A stretch of 54,969 nucleotides of DNA, the filler included, from Sphacelaria rigidula (lineage: Eukaryota), in NCBI GenBank assembly GCA_964200075.2. It is 6 parts of 6 records of this genome, joined end to end, with 100 filler letters (N's around TTAATTAATTAA, not from the genome) between each part and the next. Parts side by side here need not be neighbours in the genome. Positions count along the whole stretch, not along the records: positions 9,180 to 18,257 come from CAXNAA020009354.1; positions 18,358 to 27,435 come from CAXNAA020009355.1; 4 more parts are not named here. One strand, given 5' to 3'. The translations under genes were made by a program, and so were the position numbers. Positions 11,996 through 25,658 of this stretch are shown here, piece after piece; the stretch's first letter is position 1, and every line of letters starts with the position of its first letter. The notes under the pieces were generated by a model. It was not told the origin of the DNA. It saw only the letters and a program-made list of their open reading frames with translations, and ran no database searches.

Positions 11996-14900
11996 AAATC
12001 GGAACTGTATTTTTTGCAGGCCGTTTACCGGCCCACGTTGGTGTTTGTGTATTGAAAGTTTGTTCGGGACCTCGCTAGGTCATGAGGAACCAAGACAAAT
12101 GGATCAGGTTGGTTTTGATTTTTTTTTTCTGGTTCAGGGCGTTCTAGTATGGTAACGGCCATTTTTTTTATTCAGCACACCTCTGTGGTTTTCCATGCTA
12201 CGTTTCAGATTACAATTCCAGAAGTTGAGTCAATAAATTGAAATAAGGTCTAAGAACAGTGTTCATGTCTCCTCAAAACTCCCCTAAAAACACGAAAAAA
12301 ATGAACAAGAAATGGAAAAGGGTAAAAAGCTGTTTTTTAGTTTATATGTGCCCTAACGGTTCTCCATGCGAAATTTGATAGCACACCTCCCGAAAACTGA
12401 GACGCGATATCCAGACTTGGGGCATCTAGTGCCTCTGCTCGTAATATATTGATTTTAGTATGGAACACTATATTAGGTGCGCCATATCTCGAGATGGGTG
12501 ACGAGTTAGATGAAGGTGAAGGTATCTATCGTCTCCCCGTGCTCCATGGAAGGTCCACAGCGAAAATCGTCATCATCTGCTGAATGTATCGTTCTGAGTT
12601 TCATATAGATTTTAGTGTGGACATTATCTCCGCTAGGTATAGGAATTACTAGGCATGGAATTAATTCAACCAGAAATTAGTGGGCCAGATTTGGGAGCAG
12701 ATGGGCACCTTCCTCTTGATTAGACGATCAATACGATATGCGGATCACGGCCCAACTTGTCTGCGCTGATGAGATATCGCTTCTAGAGATCAAATCCGTT
12801 TCGAGGCTGGCCCAGGTCGTTCCAACATTTGAGAGGAATGCCACCCCCCTGGCTAACTAACGACACTTGCCACCGACTCGACTGCCCGCACTTGCCGCAT
12901 GCTGTACTCGAGTCATCAATGATGGCTTCAACGCACCCCGTAGTTTCTAGTCTAGACTGAGGTCAAGCACTTAACTTAGCTGGGTTCACTGAAGTCAAGT
13001 GGTCAGCTGTCTCTCAAGAATAATTATACGCATAGCCGGGTGTAACATCGGGCAATTGCTGTCGTTTTGCACATTCAAAATCGTTCGCATCTCAGCGCAG
13101 TACCTTTTAACATTCGTACTGGGCATCTGATGCGGATGCCTTCCGATGTCACAGGTTGAACGGTCTTCATTATTTTGGGACCCGTACTCCGTTAAAGTAG
13201 CTAGTCTAATTAGTGTCAGGCAACAGATGCAAAGGACGCACGATACGTTGCAAAGAGACACAACAAAAGTATATGTATCGGTTTGACACACGGACTGTTC
13301 ACAGTTGCAGTCCCAAACTTCTTCTCGTCATCTCTCGGGCACTCAACCCAAAGCAAAAAGCGATGATGTCCAGAGCGGCACGCGAACCAACGTGGGAGGG
13401 TTCCCGACAAAGTGGACCCGGGTGTTTCGAAGACGACGCTTACTTTCCTTGCAAGGGATGCCCGATGATTTTGGATAGTAGCCGAGAATACGAATAGGAA
13501 AAAAAAATCAACCTACCTGGGGGCTCTTCCGTTGGCTCAAGATCACTTGGACCTCCCTGTTCCTCATTTTGACTGGCATTTTCACAGGGAGTATCCTGGG
13601 TACGCCAATACACGGATGGGTGATTGAGGGGGGCGGGGGGGGGAGGGCTATTGCACAGTGGGTATGCGTAACGAGAAAAACACTGTCATCGGGACATTCT
13701 CGGATTTTTTACCACAAAAGTCTTCGAAAAACGACTTGGATCCCGTCGGACCCCGAAAAACGATGAAAAACTACCCGAAATTCATGTTTCACCAACGAAC
13801 AAGCCCATCGGGTGACGCGTGAATGGGGCTAAGCGGGGTCATGAGCAAGGGAGGTACCGTACAGACGCTCCCGCGGCGGATAGTTAAGGTGTGAGGCAGG
13901 CCACTACATGAGGACGCCGAGGAAGGACGCACTCGATTACTCCCGCGGAGGTTGTGTTCCCTGCGTGCAATATTTGTACGCGGGCGTATGCTGGTACCCG
14001 CTCAGCGACAGTGCACGGGCGTCAGTCATGACACAAACGCGGAAGCTCACGGTCGTTTCATTTTCATTGAAAAAAAAACTCATTGATACACTTGCCCATT
14101 TTTCAAGTCGTCCCTCAGAGCCATATACACAACGTTGTGGTCAACTCCTGATTTTCGTTCCGGGCCCCGACAAAATACAAAGCAAACGGGCGCGTCGGCC
14201 TCGAACCAGACAAACCGATACAATACCATCAATCCGTGCGAGAGAAGCTCACCGTGACGGCAGCTGTCACTGGCGGATGCGGCCGTATGGACGAGGTTCC
14301 TGCGCCTGCAGTGTTACGATCACCACCTGATACCGATGGCATATAGTATGAGAGTCAAGTTTGCAGTTGGGGTTCTCAGAGTCCGAGTCTGTAACGAGTG
14401 AACAAGTGTTATGCTGCAGTGACACCCCCCTTGCCTGTGTGACTGCCTATGCTTCTCTCTCTTTCCATGTTTTTCATGTATTAAAATCTGCGTGTATCCT
14501 GATTTTGGCATCGACAAATACTTTCGCCTCGAAGTACCATTAAAACTCATACATAAGGCAGGCCTACTGATTGTTCCATGAGTCATGCTTGGCGAGATGT
14601 CGGTTGAACGCACAGAACCTCAGGAACTCAACATAGATCGTATCGCTGTTTTGAGATAATAACAACGGCTTGATTATTGGCGGGTCTGACTCGTCAACTA
14701 CGGTATAAGAGGACAGATGTCCAGCGGCTACTCTCAACGCATGAGCGATTAGCCATGCCGAAAATAGTGAGCATGCGTATGACCGGACTAGACAGCAGAT
14801 GCGATCCACTCCACCTGACGTACAGGATCGAACACTATCAACGTTATGGACTTTTTGGTAGTTCTACGCAAAAAGAGGGATGATGATTTCCAGTGTCAGT

Positions 14901-17548
14901 CGCTGGACGCTGCGAGCAAACCAATATAGCGAAACTCTGCACACCTGTCGCATCTTGTGACCGAGGGTTGTCTGACTCGTCATCATGCACGGTGATTACT
15001 TCTACTTTCACTCCAGCAGCGACATCAAAACCCACCTGGTGGGTAAAATCAAGAGACATGAGGCACGCGGGGGGAGGGAGGGTGGTGAAGAGTGCAGTTT
15101 GAACCCTGTTTCATTTCACTACTCCTAAATACCCTCCTTTATCCTGAAAGGGAGGGTCGTACTCCGTTTTGCATGACGTGGCCAATGTATCACACACCCT
15201 GTCCTCACCAATACGTAACACGTGACTTCCGCGTGTGTAATTGACCGTCGTAGACCGATAGACTATTTTTCTACTTCACCGAAGATGACCCATAATACAA
15301 GCCGTTGAATTACCGATTTAATCACAGAACCCATGCGACGCCTGCCAAACGACTGAAAAAAAGACGCTGTTTGCTGTTTCAGGCTTTTGAGAGGCTGTGC
15401 AAACCGCGCCATAGACAGCACTCGAGCGAGAACGATATTGCAGCGTGTGCCTGAGTCACAGCATGTGATAAATTGTGAAGACCGTCGCCGACAACACGCC
15501 GGGAAGCGGATGCGAGTACTCACGGTGCTGGCGGGTGATTGAGTCGACGGAGAGGGGGCTCGGGTTGGCGCCGGAGATGTAGCACTGTCACCCGCGCGAA
15601 TGTCCCCTGCTCGACGCATAGTTGGGAGGAGGGATGGATGGGGTGTACTTGAGATGTTGCATACCTTCATGAGACCATTGACCACGCATCCCTACAAAGC
15701 CGGGACGGAGCAAGCCGGGGTTATGCTGGACCGGGCTTGCCCGTCACCAAGCGCGAAGCGCCGTGATGTGTCAGCCGAGTCGCATGAGGATGTATGTACC
15801 CGCCCACGGGCTGCACGTGTGGATTATGTTTGGCCGCCCTTTTTCAGGCCCTTTGTTGCAGTGGAGTTTGTTTGCAGTTTTTTATTTATTCCATTCATGG
15901 TTGATATTACTTGATTTGCGCGGACCCCCGAGATTCGGATCTGCGGGGGGGATGAGAGTCGCAAGTTCTTCCTAACGCAGAACACGGTTCTTTCTAAATC
16001 GGCGATGGGGTGCTGATTTGAGGTCTGCCAACGCATACTGTGCCTCGGGCACCCTCTGCACCCTCCTTGCCCAAGAGTTCTAGGTATGCCTTTGGGTTTA
16101 GATTGGGGTTAGCGTTAGCATTATTTCAAAAATGTGTCAACCACAGGTGAAACGGCACTCCGCAGAGACAAACTCGCGCGGGTGGCCGCTGGCACACGTT
16201 ATCCGCGCTCCCGAGTTCACAATTTATCGGCAAGTTGATCAGCATGCCTGCAGCGTAAACCGGGTTGCAAACACACATGTCCCAGGATATAAACGGGTTC
16301 ACAGACGCAACACGCGTGCGATTCCAACTCGGTCATTTTGTACGGCACGTTTTCAAATTCTCTCACAACATACTGTGATTCAGACGCTAAAAAATGCGGA
16401 TAACGTGTGCCGGCGGCCACCGGTGCACCTCTTTTCTTGACCGGTGTGAATAAGTTGCGGTTGATGGAAAGCCAGAGGAGGCGGGTCGTTGCTGCCAAGC
16501 ATCGTTCGGAAGGGGCACCGAAATAATTCCAGTGCGCTGTGGGATGTGGTGCATGACGATTTCGTTGTGCAGGCGTGTGCGGGCAAAACTGTTGACACCT
16601 CTTCGAGATCTGCCCGCGGCATACCCGCTCACACCTTGCACACATCATCGAATATTTTGGGTTTGCGGAGAATCAGCTTCGGTGTAGATTGACAAAACGG
16701 GGATATGTTCAGGCTTGTTGGGGGGGTGTCCACTGCGCAGTTTGCAGAACGGCCACCATTGCAAACACGGTGTGCATACGTTAACACAATGGGGAGTGCT
16801 TCAACAAGCTCACCTTTTCCATGTCCTCCTTAAGCCTGTTCTCACATGTTGAAAGCAAAAAATTTGGCATGCTGCCCAAGCACCCTTGGCGTGGGGCTGA
16901 GGCGCTGGAATGTGTTCAAGAGGTGTCAAGCCGACGTTAAGCACTGCGCGCCACACCAAAACGTGCGCTATCCCCATTTTGTCCCTAAAACTACCGGGTA
17001 TACCCCCACGTTGTACATCCCCCGAAACACAAGCCCTCAAATGTTTCACGATTAAAGGTTGAGGCCGCTTTCTGGAAGAATGGAGATACTTTCCCTCAGA
17101 CTTTTCCAGCCCTTGTATTTTTTTTTGTCAATATTCTTGTGCCGCTCTGCAAAACTTTTAGCCGGCATCCTTACAGCCCACATCTTCCCACAAGTGTGGT
17201 AGTTTGCAGCTGAAATAAGGGATTTTCGAAAAAAAATCGTAGTCGACGATTTTCAACAGTTTTTTGAGTCCCACCGCTCATCCGAGGGAACGTTCCATGT
17301 CGAAGTTTCGGGATCGGGAGATACTAGGCATCCGCTCCACATTCTCAAACAAGGATCGTCTCGGCCCTCGATATTGGGCGACTAGCGGGGCTGGGTTTAC
17401 GGGGTGTTTGTGACCGTTTCCAGTCCAAAACACATTGTGAAACTAAAATATAAGGGTTTGTAAAATTATTCACGAGAGCGATCGGGATCCACCTCCCCGC
17501 CCCCACCCCCCCCCTCAGCCCTGCTGTACTTTTCTTCCGTACAGCCCT

Positions 17549-18257
17549 AGTTGATAGGGCTGTATGGAAGAAAATGACGAAGGCGCAGGCTGGAATAAGG
17601 TGGGATACAGAAGTCGAGAAAGTATGGAAGGAGATGGGAGAAAACCAAGACGAAATACTGTCCATAGATGAAGACGCGAGGTACAAGGTAAAAGTAAGAG
17701 ATATGATAAAAATAAGGGGGAAAGGAGCGCTCAGACGCAAAGTAGACGAGAAAGAACACCTGGAGGTATACGAGTGATTGGGAAAGGGGATAGGGATGAA
17801 AGCATATTTGCAAGGCCCAATGGACGCTGCGAAAAATATGAAATTGCATTTACAGGTAAGGGACCTGGACCTGCCAGAAAGAAGAAAGATATATTCCAGT
17901 CGTCGAAAGGAGGAGGAAGTAGATGGACAGAATTACCTCTGTGGCAAGGGGATAGAGAGCAGCAGTCATACAGTGGCAGCATGTGAACTATACAAGGAGG
18001 AACGGGACGCGCTAGAGGGAGAAATGCGGCACGTGAACGAAGGCGGCATGAAATCGTTTGATGCACTAGACAGTAGCGAAAAAACGATGGCTATACCAGG
18101 AGATAGATGGTGGCCAGAGACGGTGAAACAGGATGGGGATAAGATATATGAATATGTGAAGATGTTGTGTACTGTATGGAATAAACGTAATGGGCGCCGG
18201 AATGTTGAAGGTGTCTCTATCAGGAGTAGGAACGGTGCTACGTCTCGAAAGGGGTGC
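17549..18257 (+). mobile_element. 5'-truncated LINE, C-terminal part of ORF2 with zinc-knuckle region; cut by spacer
   Basis: YLQGPMDAAKNMKL...LCGKGIESSSHTVAACELY; homologous to 32985-33460. Confidence 0.75.
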
Positions 18258-18357
18258 NNNNNNNNNNNNNNNNNNNNNNNNNNNNNNNNNNNNNNNNNNN
18301 NTTAATTAATTAANNNNNNNNNNNNNNNNNNNNNNNNNNNNNNNNNNNNNNNNNNNN
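18258..18357. other. Artificial spacer 2
   Basis: Identical to spacer 1, 9178 nt downstream. Confidence 0.98.
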
Positions 18358-18435
18358 CGCCCACATATCCCGAAAGGGGTAGACTGGCGTCCAGAATAAA
18401 TGGGACGACAACACACAACACACACACACACACTA
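18358..18435 (+). mobile_element. 3' tail of the tRNA-headed SINE family with (CA)n end
   Basis: cgcccacatat...ggcgtccagaataaatgggacgacaacacac matches 41785-41845 and 54124-54190. Confidence 0.8.
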
Positions 18436-19559
18436 CGAATATGTTCTGAATCAAGATCACGTTTTGTAGGGGCGTGGGTTTTTTCCCCTGTTCGAGTTTT
18501 GTCAAGAGCCTCGTGGGCACAGGTATCGTAGTCACTTTTGTCTTCCCTGTTGCTACTGCACCAGAGCCTATACCCTCACAATCCACAACCCCTCACACAT
18601 AGCGACGGGCGGAGCCAGCTCTTTTTTTTTGCGTACCGACACATTTGCTGGGGCAGCATGTAGAGTGTTGGGACATGGAGTGCACCTTGACCTTCATGCT
18701 GCTGTCGTTGGTGACGGAGGCCCCAAACTTCCCCATCAGGGCACGAACAACGGGGAGACTTGACCCCCATCATGAACGGCAGCATGATGGCCAGGGTCCA
18801 GGCGCTCTTCGGAGATTTGACGTGCGTCTCCAGCAAGCTGTGGACTGTTAGGACGTCGGGTATGTGGTCGCAGCGGCATGAAAGCACAAAACATTCACCA
18901 CATGCATCGGTGGGATGGATGCTTGAAAGGAAGGCCACCGACGGGACAGGTCCACATGGCTCATGATGCTGGCCTACAGACACGCTTTCGTCATCATCCT
19001 TGAAGAAGGGACGACAGGCACGATTTTTGAAACATTGAGGTCTACCCTACTCGGGATAGCGATTGTGATGATATACCTATACCTTACGCAGTACACCATT
19101 TTTTTCTTTGCAGCTAATGACCGCGTATTGTCCGGGATGTACAATGTTGCAGATTTTGTTTGAGTGTACACAAATTCATGGATTTTCTTCAATTTTCTAT
19201 CAGATTGAACAACTACGACACGAGCCGTGGTCGAATGTACCCAACGTGAAAAACCTACAACACACGCTACTCTGACAAAAACAAAAAACTCGACCGAATA
19301 GTAAAAAATGGAAATAAAATAACACAACAACAAATATCACGCTCGCTGCTGATAGTGATGATGAAAGAAAATAACAACAACAAAGCAAAAGAAACGAAGA
19401 GAATCCTCCGCCACAGAAAACAACGTAACATATAATACAAAGTACAAACTCTTATACAAGCATTCACAATACCCCCAGCCCCTCTCCTCGACCACTACAG
19501 TACATACACGAGATCCTCGTCCTGTGCAAGATTTCGGATCTCCCCTTCGCCTTCGGCCT

Positions 19560-20740
19560 CCCACCTGTGCAGCAATGGCATGTCGCCGCGCCTCCCCCTG
19601 GCTTGCGTTGATCTTGCCCGTTCCCATGGTGATGAATTTCAACTCCTTGATGCGGCCAGCGTTGAGACGCAGGGAGGTCATCTTGGACACGCCGTCGGGG
19701 TACATTGAGCATCTCAGTGTTGGTGGAGGTAGGCGACAAGACGGACAAGTCCCGCTCCGATTGGCAACTGGTGCTGTTCACGCAGAGGTAGACCCATGCC
19801 AGTGCACACAACTATGGGAACTTCGGCCCCTCGATGTCCGAGGCACGGGGCGCCCAGCAGAGCGCCAGGAGGCGATGGCATCCAGGTAGGCGTCGGTAGA
19901 CGGCGCAGTATGGTCGTTGGTCACTATCTCCTTCTACAGGTGGGCGAACAGGATCGTGAAGAAACCCGCCGCCTGGACGTTGGCGGCCTTTCTGATGGCG
20001 GCGAGGCGGCTAGCCTCACGCTCCTCAAACAGGCTCCGTGGGCGTTTCGGTGCAGGCTTTTCATCGCTGCCCGCCGCCCCAGGAAGAGAAGTGGGCGTCT
20101 CCCTGCGACCCAGCTCACCGTCCATTGCCTTGCCTAGCGCGACCAGCGCCTCCTTCGCCTTGTCGCGCAAAGTGTGGTCGTACACCTCCGTTGAATCCCG
20201 TTACCGCACAGCGAGTCGTCCATTGTTTTGTAGCGCGGGTCGAGGAAAACAGCGAGGATCTCCATGGTGGTGGAAGCCACATGGACCTTGCGACCCTTGA
20301 GCTGCTCGATGCAGACAGATGCCGCCTTTTGCAGTGGGGCCTGGGGGTCATCGACGCACTTCAGCTCGTGGACCGGTTACTTCCCCCCCGTCTTGGCCTC
20401 CCTCACCGTGAAGTCGACCATGCCCACCTCTCCGGAGGCGAGGATGTCAACCACCTGTGGAATGGGTAGATGGTCCGGCTGAGGATGCTGTCAATGCCGC
20501 CCTGGATACCTATCGTCACTCGCTCCGCGTACTCCACCACGCAGCAGATTTCCTTCACGACCACTCCGTTGGTCGGCGAGAGCTCGCGATGCGCATTCTG
20601 TTTTTTTTGCGGAGGTAGTGGGCGATGGACTTCTCGAGGATGATCAAACGTACCAAAAACGCAACCTTCGAAGCCCACCTGGCATCCTTTGTGAGGTACA
20701 CTCGCGGGTGTGGACGACGAGACAGCCATGAGCAACTGAT
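19560..20740 (-). pseudogene. Degenerate hAT-superfamily transposase (C-terminal half)
   Basis: Collinear motifs across frameshifts: ARWASKVAFLVRL (RW motif), PTEWS/VVKEICCVVEYAERVT, ILAVFLDPRYK, and LAWVYLCVNSTSCQSERDLS (hATC dimerisation motif). Confidence 0.85.
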
Positions 20741-20984
20741 TATTCTTTTATTTTGACAACACATTGACTGAATTGATGTTCTCACTCTTCCTGATTCCCG
20801 ACGAATAGCTGTGGTCTCAAGACGGACATTCAACGTAAAGAAAACAAGAAAAAATAACAGAAACCCGACCAGAGAAAATGTACACAAACGCTATAATATC
20901 AGAAGGACAGAGATTAACACGACGAACCAAAAAACGGAAACACCCGACAAAAAACGAAAAAGCGCACAACACAACGACAATTAA

Positions 20985-22012
20985 CCCTTTTGGGACCGAC
21001 CCCTCACTAACTCAAGGTTGACCCTGTGTTTGTGAAATAATAAAGAAAACGTCTTCGAGCGACCTGTCCACTCACCGTGAGGCGAAATTCATCGACCAGA
21101 CCCGAATGACCAGCGCAGTGATCGTTGGCGAGTGTGATGCCACTGCAAAGATCGTGTGGGGGCCATATCCCTGACCCAGATAAGCCTTCCCAGGTTTCCA
21201 AGGGCAGGGCGGTCGGAACTTGGTTTTTTGGTACTACTCGCACTCAGTGTAGCGCTTCCGAGTTTTTCCGGAGGGTTTGTTGGGTCACAATTATATACTA
21301 AAATGTAGTAATTACACTAACACAGGGTGAAGAGGGAGAAAACGGGAAGGAGTGTACATGCTACCATGTGGTCATTTTCACGAGGCACTTAACCCAGGTG
21401 GGCTGTGGAAAGACAAGGGAAGCTACCGTCATGAATTCTGCGTATCCCTCTGCCGATGACTTGCAGTGTGCAGTTGACGTGTATGTAGTTGGCGGGGATG
21501 AAAAAACGGTGTATAGGGAGTTCATCGCGGCAGCTGGGAATCGCCGAACGTGCAAGGGAGTATGAGCTGCTGCTTCAGTCGGAGAGGCGTACTACACTAT
21601 ACTTTTGTACTATACGGTTGTATGCTTGCGCGCCGCAACGCTGATGCCCTTCGAAGAGATTTTGCCGCATGCAACAAAGGGGAAAATAGCGGCCCACCCC
21701 GACCACAAGGGGCTGTGTGGCAAGGTGATGGGGACGATAGTATAATCCTAAGCCACAAGTGGCGGGCGGCCTGCCGGTCGCCTCATCCTTTTGGAAGCTC
21801 TCTACCGCGACCCATACTGCTTGCTACATCAGATGTACACCTAATTCGCACCGTGCACCTGAAAATACATTGGATGAAACTGTCGGTCTTCGTCATAACC
21901 CTGCGGTTACATACGCGGATTTTCAGCAACATGCCACTGTTTCGTGCAGACGACAGACACGTCATTCCTAACCAGCCTCATTGGTCATTCTGGAGGCCCG
22001 GTCCCAAAAGGG
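20985..22012. mobile_element. Non-autonomous piggyBac-like element
   Basis: Perfect 14-bp TIR CCCTTTTGGGACCG (20985) / CGGTCCCAAAAGGG (21999-22012), flanked by TTAA on the left and TAAA on the right. Confidence 0.8.
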
Positions 22013-22286
22013 TAAAGACTAAAAGATATCACAGTACAACTCCAAAAGTCACACTTTCCTTCCTGCGGGGAAGCTTGCCTGGTGGCATGCGCCTCACTAC
22101 AGATATGCGGGCGTTGACCGCGTTTTCCCCCGGGTCGACTGTCGCTGCAACGAACACATGTTTCGATGTGATGTTGTCGACATAAATGTATCTGCGGTCA
22201 TCTGCGGGAATGAAACACAAGAGCAGGGGACAAACGGAAGCAATTTGATGTTTTTGATGGATCCTTGTATCCGAGCTCGTGTTCTC

Positions 22287-22556
22287 TAGGGTACGGTTCT
22301 CTGTATGCCCGGGTATTCTCCCGGGTATTTACCGTACTCGACAGTTCTGTGACTTCTGTAAAACTCCCATACCAGTACTCGACAGTTCTGTAAACTCTGT
22401 AAGACTTTCATACCCTTACTCGATAATTCTGTGAATTCTTCAAGCCTCCCGTACCGTTACCGGGGGGCACAGGTACGTTTTCGATAACACACCCGTTGCG
22501 GGTACGGTTTTCTTCGCAACCGCTATACCCTACCCGTCAATATCTGTGAGTTTTGT
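22287..22556. repeat. DNA-transposon end or MITE with ~41-bp subterminal repeats (tactcgacagttctgt...)
   Basis: Three to four copies of gtactcgacagttctgt-like units following TAGGGTACGG. Confidence 0.55.
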
Positions 22557-22935
22557 ACACCCTGGACAATACAGAATGTTTCCAATATATATTGGTCGAT
22601 CATATTGGAATACTGCGATATATTGCCGGCGTAATATATATTAGATCCCGTGGACTGCACACGTATTGCGCACCCAATATATATTTGTGTCGTGGGACTG
22701 CAAACGCCATACATATTGGTAACGTGGGATCGTACACATATTATCCCATCAATATATATATATATATATATTGGGGCGGTGTGGGCGAAGACATATTTCA
22801 CGACCAATATATATATTACGGTCGCATGGGTGAGACCATATTGACCGTTCAATATATATTGGGTCCGCGTGGGTGCAAGTATATTGGTCGGTCAAAATAT
22901 ATTAGGCCCGTAAGGGTGCGGATATATTGCCCGAT
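22557..22935 (+). repeat. Phased ~43-bp CAATATATATTG / CATATTG array (cluster 1)
   Basis: Motif starts at 22632, 22675, 22707, 22750, 22805, 22850 and 22893; begins with acaccctggacaataca. Confidence 0.8.
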
Positions 22936-23019
22936 CAGGGCGTCAGTACAAATATATACTGTACATCGGGGTAGGTTGTGCTTGACCACCTTTTATAGCA
23001 GTCACAAATCTCGAATTTT

Positions 23020-23172
23020 CCATACATCGGGGAAACAACATCGGGGAACGGATTTTTCGTGGGCCCCGATTTGGACCGAATCGGGGGAGAATAAATCGGG
23101 GAGTAACGATTTCTCCCCATTTTTTGCGAAAAATCGGGGGAAAGCTGAGGTCCCCCCGATTTCGAGGAGGTA
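23020..23172 (-). repeat. Transposon end with repeated ATCGGGG/CCCCGAT motifs
   Basis: At least 6 atcgggg or ccccgat motifs, ending in ...ttcgaggaggta. Confidence 0.55.
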
Positions 23173-24443
23173 ACGTACGTACACTGACGTACAATGGCAG
23201 GGTTTCGAGGCGTGTGATATTTTTGTAATAGCAGCAGAAGACAGTCTCGTGATAGCACGGGGTTTGACTACGAGTAGCAGATAAGTGTTGACACCGTACC
23301 CGACGGCGATGGTGATATTTTATGCTGCAATGCCCCGCGATGTGTATCACCATAACAAACGGTACTGTACTATCATAGTTTGAGCTTGGCTCTGTCTTCT
23401 TGTCTATTGTATTCCTTTTTTTACGTCTTATTATTTTCTTTTTCTATTCTTTTAATTTTTTCTTTCATTTTTTTCATGTTTCTCCTTTCTGTTTCTGATC
23501 ACGAGCTGGAGTGTTGCAATCAGCTACGTAATGCGCGATCATCATCTTTTTTTGTTGTTGTTCGTGCTTGTGTTTGTGTTTGTGTTCGTGTTTGTCGTTA
23601 TTTTGTTGTCATTGCTGTTGTTGTCTGTTGTTTGTAGTAGTAGTAGTTGTTATCGCTGCCCCCTTTCTTTCCTTTCTGAGGCCGTTGCTTCTGTCGTTTT
23701 CTAGTTCCTTTCTTTATTTATATTTTTGATTATTCTGTTCTATTTTTTGCTGCTCCTGACGGGGCTGGATTGTTGCAATCAGCTAATATGAGAAAATCAA
23801 TCAATCAATCAGTCAATGGTCTGTTGTCGCTGTTCTTGCAAGGTAATGCATAGCACTGCACTACTGAACAACTCTTCTCGCGCACTGTTTGTTCACTGTT
23901 CTCGCAATACCGACTATACCATCATGTATCACCACACGGCATTGTCATGTACTGTAATGATGGAGTGTCCTGGACCGTAGTACCCAAGGGTACCACGGGA
24001 CGACACTGTACTCGAGGTATTATTCACCACCTACCTACTCTTCGGCTTCAAGAGTACGCGAGAAAGACAGTACCACTCTCATGCAGAAAGAGACCGTACA
24101 GAACTATTTCACAAGTCTGTGATATCGTGAAACGGTGGCCCCGATTTTGAGTTCGCGAATTTGACATTCGTTGCCATAAAAGATTACTACAACATATCAC
24201 CTACCCGGTATACATTGGGTGGGCGCTTGATGTCGGGTATATCTTCCACCGAACCAAATTATTCAAGTAATATACTCTACCCCGTCCTGAAAGTCATGCC
24301 GTCCAACGAATCTCTCATCCACTGTACTTCAAAAAGCGAATCATTCAATATTGTTTTGGCAGGATATTTATAAGAGAGCCATTTGGAATCAGTCCGAGAA
24401 GAAACACGCAGGCGAGAGTGTCGCGTCGTCCCGTCGTCCCTTC

Positions 24444-24682
24444 GGGATACCTCGGAGTAATGTTTTGAGGGAAAGTGATCCGATTCATTAGTCACCTGAC
24501 CCTTTGGCTGTGAGGCTACGTTGGTGGATGAATCGGCATCACTTTTACTTGAAACGATGCCGGGATAATTCGGAGTAATGTTTTGAGAAAAATTGATCCG
24601 ATTCATTAGTCGCCTGATCCTTTCGCTGTGAGGTTTTTACGCTGGCTCATGGATGGGCATCACTCTTACTTGAAACAATGCC
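24444..24682. repeat. Tandem duplication, 2 x ~118 nt
   Basis: cgggata..tcggagtaatgttttgag...gatccgattcattagtc...ggcatcact.ttacttgaaac.atgccg occurs twice. Confidence 0.85.
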
Positions 24683-25658
24683 GTGCCCCAGAGACAGCAA
24701 ACAAACCACGAACGTCGGGGGTATTTCATACTCAAAGTTTCGGTATTCTTTCCTGTTAATTACTTTCTGAATTTACCGGGGGTTTCAAGTCTGATATGCC
24801 TCTGTTGTGTACGAGCTAGTCACCTCTCAGGATATGTACTATTTTGTGGCAGTCAGCTGCAAAAAGGGTGAATGGCTGGCAGCTGCCCACGGGATTTTTT
24901 TTATTTTGTGGCTCTTAGCTGTCCACGGGAAAACATGTGTTTGTGGCTCGTTGTCCTTCTGCATACCACTCGCCCACCACCCCCCTCTCTCCACCACATA
25001 GCGAAGGAGCAAGGCGACCGTTTGCATAAATGAGAGGCAGTCATAAAAAGTAGGAAATGGACGCATTTTTCCCGTAAAGCTAGTCGACCGACCGCCAGTG
25101 GCGAGTACTGAATGGTGGTGACAAGGTCAGACGATGGGTGTAGTTGTGGGATCTCGCAGGGGTCGAGAAACAATGACTGTACCGTCTTGCCGCGTCGATG
25201 GGATGCGGCAACAAACCGTGTACCGGAGGGCGTCGAGACGGCAATCACCAACATCACTGTTCTGCAGGGAAGTCGGCTCTGCAACGTCCCGCCAACCCCA
25301 AAGGCCATGCGATGTTTCAAGTATGGTGTACGCTTTCAAAAAGGTCCAGACGCCATGGATGTCGGAGCCCGTGCGGATAGGGAAAAGCTTGCATGAAAGG
25401 AAGCCGCAGAAGTTGTCGTCCGTGGCTACGGAGAGTTGTCGAAATATTTTGATATACCTATTGGCCGGAAAATATGGTGACAGAAGAGGCGACCCAGTAT
25501 GAATGCTTTCGGATACTGTACCTGTCTGGTCAGCGGTGCGGTGCCTCCAATACTCTTCACAGTACGTAACATATCTTGGCTGAACTGTTCGATGGCAGAA
25601 AACGCGGGTCGATATGCGCCTTTTTGGTACCCCTCTGGTCACTGGTGCTGTGTTGCTT

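Noticed and set aside
12900-12995. 5S rRNA-like sequence on the minus strand (aagttaag..., ggggtgcgttgaagc)
   Set aside because: Only short patches resemble 5S; length and internal motifs do not fit.
14320-16700. Coding-like minus-strand fragments in piece 2
   Set aside because: Stop-ridden with no recognisable motif; cannot be assigned without a search.
22553-23173. 206-aa Tyr/Ile-rich ORF (and similar ORFs at 26185-26580)
   Set aside because: Translation artefact of the ATATAT-rich array.
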